Positions 13,831-27,240 of a stretch of DNA of 64,000 nucleotides are shown piece by piece. A program made the position numbers and the translations under genes. The notes under the pieces were generated by a model, which ran no database searches, was not told the DNA's origin, and saw nothing but the letters and a program-made list of their open reading frames with translations. The DNA is from Octopus vulgaris (taxonomy: Eukaryota), in NCBI GenBank assembly GCA_951406725.2, contig OX597817.1:125302001-125366000 (forward strand). The letters are read 5' to 3'. The first letter of the stretch is position 1; every line of letters starts with the position of its first letter.

Positions 13831-13993
13831 GGCACAGGAGTGACTGTGTGGTAAGTAGCTTGCTTAACAACTACATGGTTCCAGGTTCAGTTCCACTGCG
13901 TGTTACCTTAGGCAAGTGTCTTCTACTATAGCCTCAGTCCAAACAAAGGCTGCGAGTGGATTTGGTAGATGGAAACTGAAGAAGCCCATCGTA

Positions 13994-14069
<76 letters not shown>

Positions 14070-14297
14070 TATGTGTGTGTATGTTTGTGTGTCTGTGTTT
14101 GTCCCCTCAACATCGCTTGACAACCGATGCTGGTGTGTTTACATCCCTGTAACTTAGCGGTTCAGCAAAAGAGACGATAGAATAAGTACTAGGCTTTCAA
14201 AGAGTAAGTCCTGAGGTCGATTTGTTCGACTAAAGGCGGTGATCTAGCATGGCTGCAGTCAAATGACTGAAACAAGTAAAAGAGTAAAAGTAAAAGA
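13831..14297 (+). mobile_element. SINE family A with expanded (TA)n(TG)n
   Basis: Full-length copy of 868-1277. Confidence 0.9.
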
Positions 14298-14695
14298 ATT
14301 TGCAATCATGTATTTTAGAGTTCAATACCACTGCATAGCTCCTTCGGGAATAGTTTTCATTATATCATAACTTCAGGTTAATCCAAGTCATGTAAGTGAA
14401 TTTAGACAGAGAGAAACTGTGAGGCTTGTTTGCGAACTGGCTTATAACTACCCTCTTGCACTTAGATGCCTTAGCTGTGTCTACCCAGCTGCATTCACTC
14501 AATCTAGAAAAAAGATTCTTGCCCAGAATGGTGGATGTAGTATTAAGTCTTAAATGTCCTGGCTGCAAAGCAAACTTCTAAATCACACAGCCATGCCTTC
14601 ACCTATCATAGTCATGCCTATTCCTCTTACAGCCATTTCTTCTGATAAATCCTTTGCCAAAACCTAGAGAGTGTAGTCCTTTAACAAATTAAAGT

Positions 14696-15078
14696 GGAGG
14701 CGCAGTGGCCCAGTGGTTAGGGCAGCGGACTCGCGGTCATAAGATCGCGGTTTTGATTCCCAGACCGGGCGTTGTGAGTGTTTATTGAGCGAAAACACCT
14801 AAAGCTCTACGAGGCTCCGGCAGGGGATGGTGGTGATCCCTGCTGTACTCTTTCACCACAACTTTCTCTCACTCTTACTTCCTGTTTCTGTTGTACCTGT
14901 ATTTCAAAGGGCCGGCCTTGTCTTCTCTCTGTGTCACGCTGAATATCCCCGAGAACTACGTTAAGGGTACACGTGTCTGTGGAGTGCTCAGCCACTTACA
15001 CGTTAATTTCATGAGCAGGCTGTTCCGTTGATTCTGATCAACCGGAACCCTCGTCGTCGTAACCGACGGAGTGCTTCC
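14696..15078 (+). mobile_element. SINE family B, tail type 2 (young)
   Basis: CpG-rich head; tail ...cgtcgtcgtaaccgacggagtgcttcc; TSD ttaacaaattaa at 14681-14692 and 15088-15099; near-identical to 37118. Confidence 0.92.
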
Positions 15079-15119
15079 CCTCCTCCCTTAACAAATTAAG
15101 CTCACATGTGAGTTTCGAA

Positions 15120-16815
15120 TTTTAATTTCTTATCATACTACCATAATTGGGATAATCTGAAGCAGCTGATATTTTGGTCATTAAAATGACTGAATGTTTC
15201 CTACCAAGACTTCTCTTGTTCCACTGAAAGAATTTTTTCCTTTATCCCATAAACACTTCAATGTAAAACTGCAAAGCAACTTTATGAGACATGGTTCACT
15301 TGTAAATTATCATTGAACATTGCTTCATTCCATCATAAGCTTGTGATCCTTTACTAATGTTACAAATTGCTGTCTCATTAATTATAGAATGAAAGCATTG
15401 TGAGTTGCTTGATCTCCAGGCAGTAGATTGGCAGCAATATACAAAAGTGCAACTACCACAGCAATTTCCTCATGTTGTCTTACTTCAACCTTCACCAGCC
15501 TCATTGGAAACGTTTCTTTTTTCCTTCCTTCTGTTGCATCAAGAAGGAATATTTAATTTATTTTATGTTCAAATTTTACCTTTTTATCACCAAACAAACT
15601 AACTTACAGCTGCTATAAATTTAGCCATAGATTTATTTATTGTCACAGCATTTCTCATATTAGTGCTTAGTTCCTCTTTGACTGATTACAGATTACTATT
15701 AGACAGACCATATTTATGCAATTCATCACTATCAATTGCTTAGAACGTTGTCCTTAGTAACAACGAAAGCCATATTGAAGATGATATCATTGAAATGATT
15801 GCCATGCTTAGGATTGTGTCACTGTAGTTGGTATGTTTAACAGACTGGCAGGATTCCACTAAATTTTAATCACAGTCTAAAGAGAGATGACATGCCAAGT
15901 ATTTCCAATAGAGCTGCAAAGAGATTTCAGAGTTTTCAAGGTGATAGCAAAACAACTGCTTCCCTCATTATTGCTTCCCATTGATATTTATTTTTTAACA
16001 TGCTTCACCTGAAACAACCTTCTCAAACTGTGGAGGTGCAATGGCCCAATGGTTCAGGCAGTGTGTGTTTATTGAGTGAAAACACCTAAAGCTCCACGAG
16101 GGTCCGACAGGGGGTGGTGGCGACCCTTGTTGTACTCTTTCGCCCCAACTTTCTGTCACTCTTTCTTCCTGTTTCTTGTTCCCGACTTCCTACACAACCG
16201 CTGAGCCTGGATGCACATTCATCCATCTGTCAATGCTCTCATTGTTGGGGGTTGACCTGCTTTCTCTTCTGAGAGTCTTACGAATAGCAAAGGACCATGT
16301 TTTGGACTTCTTCCATCTTGCGAGCTCTGGGACGAAGACCGTTCCCTCAACAGCAACAGCAACAGCACAAACATAACAATCCACTGTTACAATTGGTGAT
16401 GTAATAATCTTGATCTTCTGATTTCATGTAGGAGTATCTTTAAGTAGAAATATCCCTGCAGATTAGAATGAAGAATATAGGTCTCCCACTAAAATGTAAT
16501 CAAATCTGATATGTTTCCGATATCTGCCTAATGTGTAATCAAAACTGAGGTGTCTACAGGAACAATTTCATTTTTTCCAGGTGTGATATGAAAGAAGTGG
16601 ATAATTAACCAGAGTTTGAACAAATATATCATCTCTGCAAAGTAATAAGAAAAATAAAAAGCTTTAAGTTTGCAGTTCCTGTTGGAGCTAGGGCTTGCTG
16701 AATTGCAATTGTAACACAGTAATGTTATGTATGTATTTGCATGTTGCAACACACACGCACAAATGACAGAAATAGACGTACAGAACATAGACACACGGAA
16801 AGAGCAGAATATAGA
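15120..16815 (-). mobile_element. Helitron RepHel (PIF1-like helicase) relic with candidate 5' end, split by a SINE
   Basis: Fragments FYLKILLHEIR, QWEAIMREAV..SP..NLFAALL, FLLDATEG..KTF, IAVVVALLYIAANLLPGDQATHNAF, CNISKGS and TMSHKVAL; A|TCTATA 5'-like end at 16815. Confidence 0.8.
16032..16375 (+). mobile_element. SINE family B, tail type 3
   Basis: Family B head (internally deleted) up to cttcctgtttct, then an unrelated tail ending in (CAACAG/CAA)n. Confidence 0.8.
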
Positions 16816-16939
16816 TGGTATTTATAACAGAGATGATATATGCTTGTGTAGTTATCAAAACAGTGAAGGGTAGATCAACACATTATATTATTGTATGTTA
16901 TATATCATCATATTTGAAAGATGTATACATGCACACATG

Positions 16940-16979
<40 letters not shown>

Positions 16980-17349
16980 AACAAACACACACGCTTTGTG
17001 TGTGCACAGTTGATGTATATACCAGCATCTGAGTCCGTCACCTCCCTCCCACCTTAAACACACTCAGAAGTGTTTTCACAAACGCATGCACTCACACACA
17101 CACACACACAGAGTATATAATTTTTTTTATGTGAACCTAGGTCAACAAAGTCAGAGATTTTTGTTTGATCTCTTGTGGCTCTTTCAATTTCACTACTGCT
17201 ATCTTTTTTTCTGTCTCACTACTTCTCTTTCTCTCATCTCTGTCTCTGTCTGTCTGTATCTGCCTGTCTGTCTCTCTGATGTCTACAACACTTCATTGAA
17301 TCAAGTGATGTACACTCTGACAATCACAAATATATAATAGATATATATT

Positions 17350-18260
17350 CAACATAATTTTATGTCCGTTTTTTTTTTCACGCTTGCATGGGTTGGACAG
17401 GTCTTGTTTAGCACAGTATCTCACAACGTGTTGTGGTCCTTTGTTATCTCCCTTGAGATGTTAAACCTCCTGAGATTTGCTGCCATCACATCTTTCTATG
17501 TCTTCTTCTTTCACAGATTCCTACCAGTTGGTTTCCGTGGCTCCTCTGTACCCATTTTATAGCCTCGATATACATCACATGTCTCTATCATCTCAGTCTT
17601 CTATCTTGCACCCTATAATTGCTTCATCTTTCCTTTCACCTCCTCCAAATTCCTAGACCAAGTTTCATTACCATTCAACATTATACTAATCAAATGTAAA
17701 GGCATGTGGTTTAATGGTTAGGGTATTCAGTTAATGATTCTAAGGTCATACATTCAATACCTGGTGGCCCATTGGGAACACCATATTGAATTCTTACCTA
17801 TTTCTGTTTTGCTTATCGAGCATGGCCACTTTCCAGAAGGCAGTAGCATCTTATTGTTCCTGCAAACACATTTGCAGTTTTGTCTACGCAGAGTTTACCT
17901 CAAAGCTTCTGAATTCTAAGTTTTCTTTCCAGCAGTGGAGTTCTTTCTCTAATTCTTTGATTCATTCACCTGCGAAAAGTATGTAATCAGTATATTTCAA
18001 CTACTGAATTTCAGCTACTCAATTATGGCCTGGAAAACTATAATAAACAATAGGATCCTGATTGACAACTCCCTGTAGGTTAAATTTCTTATTGAACTCA
18101 TTGCTAACTTTTAGCTGGTATCTCTGAACATAATTTGTACTGTTCTTACAAGCCATATGCTTACACTTTTCTTCTGCCTTGACTATCAGACTACAGGGTA
18201 TGGTACCTTGCTGAACGTTTTCTAAAAACCCTACCAAACAGACATAGAACTCTGGTGCAA
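17350..18260 (-). mobile_element. RTE-clade LINE relics (RT domains and 3' end)
   Basis: LKVSNEFNKKFNLQGVVNQ..LFIIVFQAII..KYTDYIL..KELEKELHCWK..NLE..VN..TK matches the RTE RT; the RTE 3' tail ccaacccatgcaagcg is at ~17380. Confidence 0.65.
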
Positions 18261-18518
18261 GCTCCTTCATGGCCAATTCTAGTCAAACCATCCAACCCAT
18301 ACCAGCATGGAACGTTGACGTTACACAATGATGATGATGATGATATATATATATATATATATACTTTTATTAAAGCTGCAAAATCTTCATAAACTCTTTC
18401 TCAGAGTTACATGTTCCCATTTGTCAGACAGTTATGTTCACTTAATATATGTATATTACTCTTCTTCAGTATTTGAGTACTATTTTTGTCCACCTTGTTT
18501 TGCATTTATGTGCTTACT

Positions 18519-18608
<90 letters not shown>

Positions 18609-18715
18609 CACACATGTATATATATACACACATGTGTATATGTTTGTATGAATATATATATATATGTATATATATACATACACACACAAATATAAATAAA
18701 TATACACACACATAC
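18519..18715. repeat. Compound (TG)/(TA)/(CA) microsatellite
   Basis: Direct inspection; source of several spurious YI/CV/HT ORFs. Confidence 0.95.
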
Positions 18716-19538
18716 TAAACACTATATTTTACATACATATAGTATTTAGACATCTATACATACTCTAAAGCAAACATATATTATGTAAGTATCACATGAC
18801 TCCACAAGTAAGAGAAGAAAAAATTCAAATAAGTGTTGTTAAAAGCAGTAAAACCAATATTTTCATTTATCCATGATATTATTTTAAATTTCAACCGAAA
18901 GAAAGTTTTTTTTTGTATAAACAAAAAAATGATAAATATATAAATGCATAAATATAACCCCAAAACTGGCTTTACATCAAAGAATTATGATAGTCCATTA
19001 AATTTTCATTGTTGAATTGTGGACTGCTCTGTCTGCTCAATTTCCAAATTTGTCTTTGAAGGAAGGCAAATTTAGTATATCTATGAAGCTAGAATTTATT
19101 TATACTTTGAGTCCTGGATTTATTGATGTGTTAGCCAAATATCAGCATAACAGTGGTGCAGGAAAATATAACTTCCTTGTTTTCTCTTCAAAAGTATATT
19201 TTGATAGTAGATATAGAATGTTATTTTATACATGTTATATAGATGATTTAGGTAATCATAAAATAAGAAATGATAAATCAGATACTTTGAATCTGAAGTT
19301 TCCTGCTCATCACTTTGGTATAAGATCTGCAGATCAATAAGCGGGTCAAAGAGGGAAGCTTCAATGTAGTCAATCAACCAGCAAGAAATAGCAGCAAGAT
19401 GATACCTTATGACATATAAAAAGAGGAGTAATGGAAAAAGACATACTGGTTAATATAATTTTGGATGCAGTAGGAAAAGATGGACAAGGTCAGAAAATGC
19501 TTGATCATGTTTTTATGGTCAGGGTTAACCTGGAGATA

Positions 19539-20499
19539 CCGTAAATCCTCGAGTAAAGTCTGCCCTTGAGTATAATACGCAGGGGAATTTTAGGGGGCTG
19601 TACTTCTGAAAAACCTAAACCTTATATATAATACGCACCCCTTCTCTAACTTGAGTCAAGTAGGTCTATATAACATCCTTGATTTGTAAAAATATATACG
19701 GTAACATCCTTTATTATTACCTTCTTGCCTTCTTTATCTTTCGCATCTGTTTAATTTCATCTTTATTTCTTCTCCATAACCTGACATTGCTTTCGTCAAC
19801 ATCAAATTTTCTTCCAGCAGCACTGTTACCATGCTCTTCAGCATATGATATAACTTCAAGTTGAAACATAGCTGAATAAGATCTACGAGGCATTTTATGG
19901 GCAAGTAATGTATAAAATGTTTTATTGGAGATTAATGTACAGGTTTAAGTCCCACTTATAAAAGACCCTAGTAAAGACCCACAGTAGTTCAAATATTTAA
20001 TACTGGTATTTAATTAAGTATCTATTGTTTGCCAAAGTAATGGTGCAAACTGCTAATACAAACACCAGGATGAACTATTTTGTGCTAAACTATTAAGCAC
20101 AATTCATGCATAATTAAGCCTAGTCCAACAAACACTTCCATGCATGTGTAATACAATAATGGTGATGTTCTTAACTGTTATATGGGAATGTAAATATGTT
20201 TGCAAATTGTTTTTGTTACGTGTTATTCTGTGTTATGAATACTTTTGTTGTAATAAATGTTGCTTACTGCAAGTTATGGATGATTCTTTTATGACTTCGT
20301 TGTTTTCAGGCTTAACTTATGACATTTTCACATCCGATATCACAAAATGCGTCTGAATAAACATTGCCAGACAGCAAATAGAGACTCGGACATTGCTTAG
20401 AAAATGTTTTTCATTTTTAACCTTGTATATAGTACGCACTAGGGATTTTGATCTTTAAATTTTGAGAAAAAAATGCGGATTATACTCGAGAATTTACAG
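19539..20499 (-). mobile_element. Non-autonomous pogo-superfamily (POGK/Passer-like) DNA transposon
   Basis: 25 bp TIRs CCGTAAATCCTCGAGTAAAGTCTGC and GCGGATTATACTCGAGAATTTACAG; TA on the left flank and TG (decayed TA) on the right; internal Brinker-type HTH ORF. Confidence 0.85.
19717..19893 (-). CDS. 58 aa Brinker-type HTH DNA-binding domain (transposase N-terminus only)
   Basis: MPRRSYSAMFQLEVISYAEEHGNSAAGRKFDVDESNVRLWRRNKDEIKQMRKIKKARR*, uninterrupted; below the ORF-track cutoff. Confidence 0.7.
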   Translation of the reverse strand: MPRRSYSAMFQLEVISYAEEHGNSAAGRKFDVDESNVRLWRRNKDEIKQMRKIKKARR

Positions 20500-21373
20500 T
20501 GTGTAACAATCATTAAAATGTTGATATCAATTTTGTTAGCTTGCTCATATTGCAAAAAGGAAACAAGAAATTGCTGCCATAAAATTTTAGCAACAGTAGC
20601 CCAACAATATTAAATATTCTGAAATCAAAAAACAAATATTTTCTTTTCATAACTAAATTAAAAGAGATGATGCAGTACTAATGACATCTGCAGGATTTCT
20701 CAAATATTAAGACTAATATTATCAATGTAGAGCTTGAACATCCATGAATTAGTGTCCACAAGTAAAAAAATGTTAGAAGGGGAAATAGACTGAGAGATTG
20801 GCAGTTGTGATAAGAAAAGGTCAGATGAAGAGTATCATGTTTAGCCTCAGAGAAAGGTTATAGAGTTAGTTACTTTGGAAGAGTAGAAGAAGTATGTTAG
20901 TGGAGATATATAGCTCTTCTATGAATCTGTGATTGTAGAATGTTGGTATGTGAATCTCTGTCAGTGATTAATGGGGAATTCTCTTCTATGTAGTCTAGGA
21001 GGATTGTGATTAAAACTAATTCAATGTACTCGCCAAATTAGGTAATAATTTAAGATGTTAAATTCTGGATGTGTCTTACAACTTCTGAATAACTAAGACA
21101 AAATTTCTCAATCCAATGAAACCCACCATAATTTTGTAATAAAAAGAGCAGGTAATGTCATTCCTTAAGCAATGTTTTAGCAATGCCAGGAAATCAAATC
21201 CTCATTAAGTGAACTATTCATGCAAGACTGAATTTATTTTGTATCTAAGCTACTACTACTGACTGTATTTAACAAGGCAGTCATAAAAGACAAAAGGGAA
21301 CATAAACTGCAAGGCTGATCAGAACTCTGCTTTCTTTGCTACTATTCCTGTTTGTGAAGTAATTTTAGTTATA

Positions 21374-22556
21374 CAGGGTGTGAGAGATATTTGAGAACAC
21401 ATTTGGTAGTTTGATAAAAGAACTCTAATTTAGCAAGAACCAAATATATTATAATAAAAATTCGTATCCATGTTCTCAATATGCTTTGTTATAAGAATAT
21501 TCTATGAATCCATCTTCAGCTTCAATAACTGCTTCAGAGTGGGACTGGAATAGTTAACATGCTTTCACTAAATATCTCACATTCATTTTAGACATCATTT
21601 GGACCAGGGTGGACTTCGGTGTAGCTACAATATTGTAAGGATGTTGATTAATCTCTCTTTCACCAAAACTAAAAATGTAATAGTCCAAGGGGTTTAAATC
21701 TAGTAAGTTTGGAGGCCACTTGTTTGGTGATATATGACTGTAAAAATGATCTAATATCCATTCATAGGTTATGTGGGATTTGTATGAAGTTGTTGAACCT
21801 TTTTGAAACACTTATAGCTTTCCACCACATACTGCACCCATCTAGGTTCTAACAATAGTGCCTTGACTTATCCAGTGATATTAATTCTAAGATCTGCGGA
21901 AAGGTGTGCAGTAGCAAGACATGATCTTTGTTACTTGCCACTCCCAAAACCAAAGATCTGGACAAAACCATCTGTCATTTCTCCTATTAAGCTTTTGATC
22001 TTAATCAAAATTTTTATCCTTAGAAAGAATTAAAACATGCTGTGTTTACAAAGGTTCCTAGCCTTGTTCAGTAACTACTTGGCATGGATTAAAAGGCTTC
22101 CCTATGTTTTCATTCATATGAATTGGTTTCTCAGTACATACAGCTTGTGTTATGCATTCTCATGCACCGTAGTTCTCATAAACCATTCTGATACCGGAAA
22201 ATCTTTGATGATGGCCCTCACTGATTTTCTGTGATCATAACTGACAATGTTTTGGAATAATTGTTATATCCTTATATTGTCAACACATTTTGAATGTTGA
22301 TTTTCTCTTTGATATCAATGAAGCATTCCCACTAGAAACTTCCAACTCCATCTAAACTTTCTACACAAAAGATCTTGTAATAAACAGAACGTTGGCATTG
22401 TTTTCCACAGATATGAAAACATTACAGTATATCTTTTCATTTCTTGTGCTAGTATGCTATTTACCATGCAGGATCTGAAGGAAATATAGACTTTTTTGTT
22501 GGTTTGATTAGAGTAATATACTGGTAATTGTATCTTAAAATATCCCTCACACCCAG
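21374..22556 (-). mobile_element. Tc1/mariner DD37D (maT)-like transposon, decayed
   Basis: TA-flanked TIRs CAGGGTGTGAGAGATATTTGAGA and tcttaaaatatccctcacacccag; ORF 21554..21811 has FQK..WPPNLLDLNPLDYY...EAVIEAEDGFIE. Confidence 0.85.
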
Positions 22557-23939
22557 TATTATAATTGTGAAGTAGGTCTGAGAGATCATTTCAAACATCT
22601 TAGATTTGTTGTAACACAACATTAGCTTGGGAACTGGAAAATGGAAATAATCCTGTTAGTCAAAATATTGCCAAAAAATAGATAAATATAATTTCAATAA
22701 TCAAATTATTTGGTGAAACTATTTAATTTTGAAATTATATAAAACAGAAAACGAAATTCAATTCTATGACAACTGACTAATGGAAAATGAAAGTATTTTC
22801 TAAGAACATTGCAGAAGAATTTATTGATAAGACACCACATTAAAAATATTTAGATCTGAAAATTTCAAATAAAAATCCTAATGAATATTTGAGAGAAGTC
22901 TGCTTTAAAAAATATATATATATACCAATAAATATTTCTGGGCAAAAAACATAAATGCTTTCAAATCATTGAAAAAACATTTCAAGAACAAAGTAAGCTT
23001 AGGTGAGCCAAGTCTCCCTGAACCTACACCCTTATTAGATAACGGGGGAAAAAAACATATTAGCTAATGTTTGCAGGATGCCTTAAAAAAATATATAACT
23101 TAATCATTGCTGGAATGCTTTTGATCAAAGGGTCTGTTTGATCTGAATTAATTCATGGCTAAACAACAAAACCTAATCTAAATAAATATTTCCTTACCAC
23201 ACTTTTGTCAGAAAATTACAAAATTTTGTTGATTTTCATTAGTATTATTATATGAAAAAGTCTTCAAAACTTTTACTCAAATATTTTTAAAATGTTTAAA
23301 ATGTTTATTTCAAAACGTTAAGTTTAAAGTAGTTTACTTTGAAATCAATTTCAAGTATTAATCAAGTACCTTCTATTTTCTTTCAGGTTAATATACATTT
23401 ATATTTCTTTTAGTTTGTTAAAATGTGTTACTGTACTTAGTAAAAAATATTCTTTATAATGCATCTCTTTAAGTGTATGTGCACATATGTGTATGCATTC
23501 ATGCCATGACATGTGTAAATTAAACTTAAAAGAACGAAAATTAGTGAAATAGGAAATAAAATGTGAAAAATTAATAGCTGTGCATGTATCATACTTAATG
23601 TAAAAACATTGTAAAAGGCAAATGTACTCCAGTATTTCTCTCAAGATAATATCGCTTATAGATACGATGTGTTTAGAAATAATATATATTGAAGGCAGAG
23701 GAGAAGTGCCCTAGAAGTGGTTGGTGAGAGTGCTGGATGCATTTCTACATTGTTGAGCATTGTCAATAGCATGTACTTACAGCCAGCTCATGTGAAGACA
23801 ATGATTGTCACCATTGATATAGGAAAACAGTGAATAAGTAATTTCTTTTACAAGAAGGCATATTATCTAGGAAAAATCTTTCAAGCTACTTATAAAAATG
23901 AAAACATGGAGGATAAACTGATAGAGACTTCTTGAAAAA

Positions 23940-24400
23940 GAAATATCCTAGTTACTGCATCTAGTGCAAAGAAGCTGTATTCTTGGAGATATATTCTACC
24001 CTCACATTATCAGAAAGCATATTAAAGTTCACTGGGTAGTTTAGTGCACTGTCTGACAGGAGTAATGTTTTGTCGGAAATATCATGTTTGACTCTGCAAC
24101 TTCTTGTAACAGGACTGAAAACGTTTGTAAACCATTCTTCAAAAAGGTTCCAAGCTGTCTCTGCTTTCTGACTGGAATGTAAACTCAGAAACAGATTTAA
24201 AGTTTGTGTAACCTTGAAAACTCTAGAATTCTTGGAGTCATACACATATAGGGGCTTTAATTTTCTATCACTTACAACATTTACTCTCAGAAGAAGTGTC
24301 ATGCAAGTTTTGGAAGCTTTAAATTCTGGTGTTGATTTTTCTTCTTGAGAAATAGAAGTTCTAGCAGGAATGTGTTTCCAGCAAGTGCTATTTCATGAGG
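23940..24400 (-). mobile_element. Tigger/pogo DDE_1 transposase relic
   Basis: WKHIPARTSISQEEK..FKASK then MTLLLRVN..DRKLKPLYVYDSKNSRVFK..FEEWF..LLLSDSA..NTASL. Confidence 0.8.
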
Positions 24401-25494
24401 TATGTGACCCCACTTCAGCAATCTCATTTTCAGCAGAATATAAATACATACTTATGCATGCACATACACACACACGTGCATGAATCAAGTCATTCATTTA
24501 TCAACACAAGTGGGAGTATTATAAAAAAGACAACAAAACTAATCAGTTCCATTTCAATTACATTCTATCCAGTTATAGCATATCGAATGACAATTATTTC
24601 CATAGGTTAAACACAATATTTACTTTGTAACTTTAAAATTCCTCCTTTCTCCCAATATAATCCATTCTGAGAAATGCTATACTTATGTTTGGGCTGCTTC
24701 TAAATACACTTGGTATTTGTTAATCGTTCTCTATGCTACTTGAATATATTAACAATCATTTGATTTCAATTATTCTGTACTGTTTGATCCCATCCTTTTC
24801 TATTGATAAGCAATGTCTTGTTTGAAATTGTTATAACTATTCAAGAGAGAAGAGTATCGAAGTATTCCTATCAAAATCGCATTCAAAGAGATGGATAGAA
24901 AGAAAAAAATGAGATAGAGAGAAATAGTAAGAATGAACACAAGTGACCAAAATAAACAGAAAAAGAGAAAAAGGGTGGGAGAGAGCACAACAGAGAGAGA
25001 ACGAGAGAGAGAGAGAGAGCTTGTGTGACAGAGACATAGACAGATAGACAGACAGACAGACAGATAAACTATTTATACCACTCATCCATAATAACTCATG
25101 TGCGATTATACACACAAATAATGCAGCTGGTATTTGCTTCTTTCATTAGAATTAACCCAGCTATAATTAATTATGAAATACTGGTATAAAGTGTTTATTT
25201 CAGTATATCATATATCATATATAAATCTCTGTGGAATGTCAACATTTTATGCTAGTGCTTGCCATTCTTATGGATGTGGAGGAATTAGTAGCAGTTTTTG
25301 TTTTCAGTGTTGATAGTATATGTACATAAATGTGGTGAACATTTTATGTATTTCAAAGAACTAAATAAACTGTTTAACTATCTATGTATATTTTGGGCAT
25401 GTTTTTATTTCTGTCAAAATATGTTTTCATGTGTGCTCAAGCATGTGTGTATGTGTCTGTGTATGCATGTGTCTCGGTTATTTATTTATTTATT

Positions 25495-25798
25495 TATGCA
25501 CCCTTTTCAAGCCTAGCCAGGCTCATGGGCTCAGTTTCCTAGTTTCTATGGCATATGTGTTCCCTTCAGCTAGACAGGACGCCAGTTCATCGCAATGTTA
25601 CCCAAGAAACAGGAAGGAAGAGTGAGAGAAAGTTGGGGTGAAAGAGTACAACAGGGGTCGCTACCACCCTCTGCTTGAGCCTTGTGGAGCTTTAGGTGTT
25701 TTCGCTCAATAAACACACACAATGTCTAGTCTGGAAATCGAAACCACGATCCTCCGACCGCGAGTCCGCTGCCTTAACCACTGGGCCATTGCGCCTCC
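25495..25798 (-). mobile_element. SINE family B, tail type 1
   Basis: Reverse complement of the 4781 copy; gtctc(g/a)gttat TSD. Confidence 0.88.
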
Positions 25799-25959
25799 GT
25801 CTCAGTTATATATTATTAATAATATCTGTTTGTTTATCCTTCTTAAAAGGACAAGGTGATGCCAAATGAAGATTCAAAATTATGACTAGAATGTCCAATA
25901 TATTCCAAAATGTCATTCACAAACTTTTCAACTAAGTCTGTAATTATAATATATATTTC

Positions 25960-26177
25960 ATTATTGCCCACAGGGGGCTAAACATAGAAGGGACAAACAA
26001 GGACAGGCAAATGGATTAAGTCGATTACATCGACCCCATTGTGTAACTGATACTTATTTAATTTACCCTGAAAGGATGAAAGGCAAAGTTGACCTTAGCA
26101 GAATTTGAACTCAGAATGTAAAGACTGACAAGATACCACTAAGCATTTCATCTGGTGTGCTAACGATTCTGCCAGCT
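25960..26177 (-). mobile_element. SINE family C
   Basis: Same head, Nin-like domain and tail as 12304. Confidence 0.82.
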
Positions 26178-26952
26178 GTGTGTTTAAGAAGTTTGCTTCC
26201 AACACCCATAGTTTTGTGTTCAGTCTTATGGCATTGTACACTGGGCACATGTATTCTACTATAGTCCTTGGCCAACCAATGCTTTGGTAAGTGGAAACTG
26301 AAAGCAGTCTCTTGTAAATGTATCATCCTCATCTTCATCATTTTAACATCCTCTATCCATGCTTTTATAGGTCAAGCATAGTTTAATGAGGCAGACTTTT
26401 CTACAGCCAAAACTCTCCCTGTAACCAACCTTCACTTGTTTCTAAGCAAGGTAATAGTTCCCCATGACCAGACATGTTTTCACAGGATACTGGAAATGTA
26501 TGGCATTGCTTGTATAACAGTGACATTCATTTACAAATACTACATGATGAGAGGCAAAGCGACACAAACATACACATTCACACATGTAAGTGGGGTTGCT
26601 GAAACATTCCTGTGTTTCAGCAAGGGAAAATACAGGTGGATCAGTTAATTATGATTTTATTCAGCATATCCCCCTCTCAGATTTACATACTTATTGCAGA
26701 GGTCCTTCAGTTTTTCTCAGCCCTGCAAAAGAACTCAGAACTCTGGGCCTCTAACCAGGCCTTTCGTGATGCCAAAACGTTTTCAGCATCCCTTCGTACT
26801 TACACATACAAAGAACCTAGTATGCAATGGAAGTCTTTCTTCCACATGATACACATGATAACAGAAGCTGTAAAAATAATTTCTTTTACTCTCTTCCCTT
26901 TTCTTTTTTTTCTCTTGTCCACATATTCTATAAAATCTCAGTATGCTATCCT

Positions 26953-27025
26953 GGGTTTCTGGTGCAATGGATAACACATCTGACTATGGATCAGAAGATT
27001 CCTTGTTCGATTCTTGCCGTGCTAA
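26953..27025 (+). pseudogene. tRNA-Arg(ACG) pseudogene; anticodon now reads ATG
   Basis: GGGTTTCTGGTGCAATGGATAACACATCTGACTATGGATCAGAAGATTCCTTGTTCGATTC matches metazoan tRNA-Arg-ACG with CpG-type decay; acceptor stem broken. Confidence 0.8.
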
Positions 27026-27240
27026 CAAAGTATTTTTAAGGATATTATTTTTTTCTGATGGCCAGATAACTGAAGAGATGGCGGAGTTTTGTCATGGCTC
27101 GGAGTTTTATCATGGCTACCAAATAATTGTCACATATTACATTTACAAATAAATTTCTCTATTTAGATAATATCGAAGTCTCTTTCATTCTTTTGTTTTC
27201 TTACCATTTCTATCAACAAATATATATATATATATATATA

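Noticed and set aside
18328-18722. Cluster of overlapping ORFs (YIYI/CVCV/HTHT)
   Set aside because: Translations of dinucleotide microsatellites; the same applies to the poly-N/I/L ORFs at 42.6, 46.7 and 51-54 kb.
26585-26800. Mariner-like TIR fragment (ggggttgctgaaacattcctg)
   Set aside because: Only one end and no translatable transposase motif could be confirmed.
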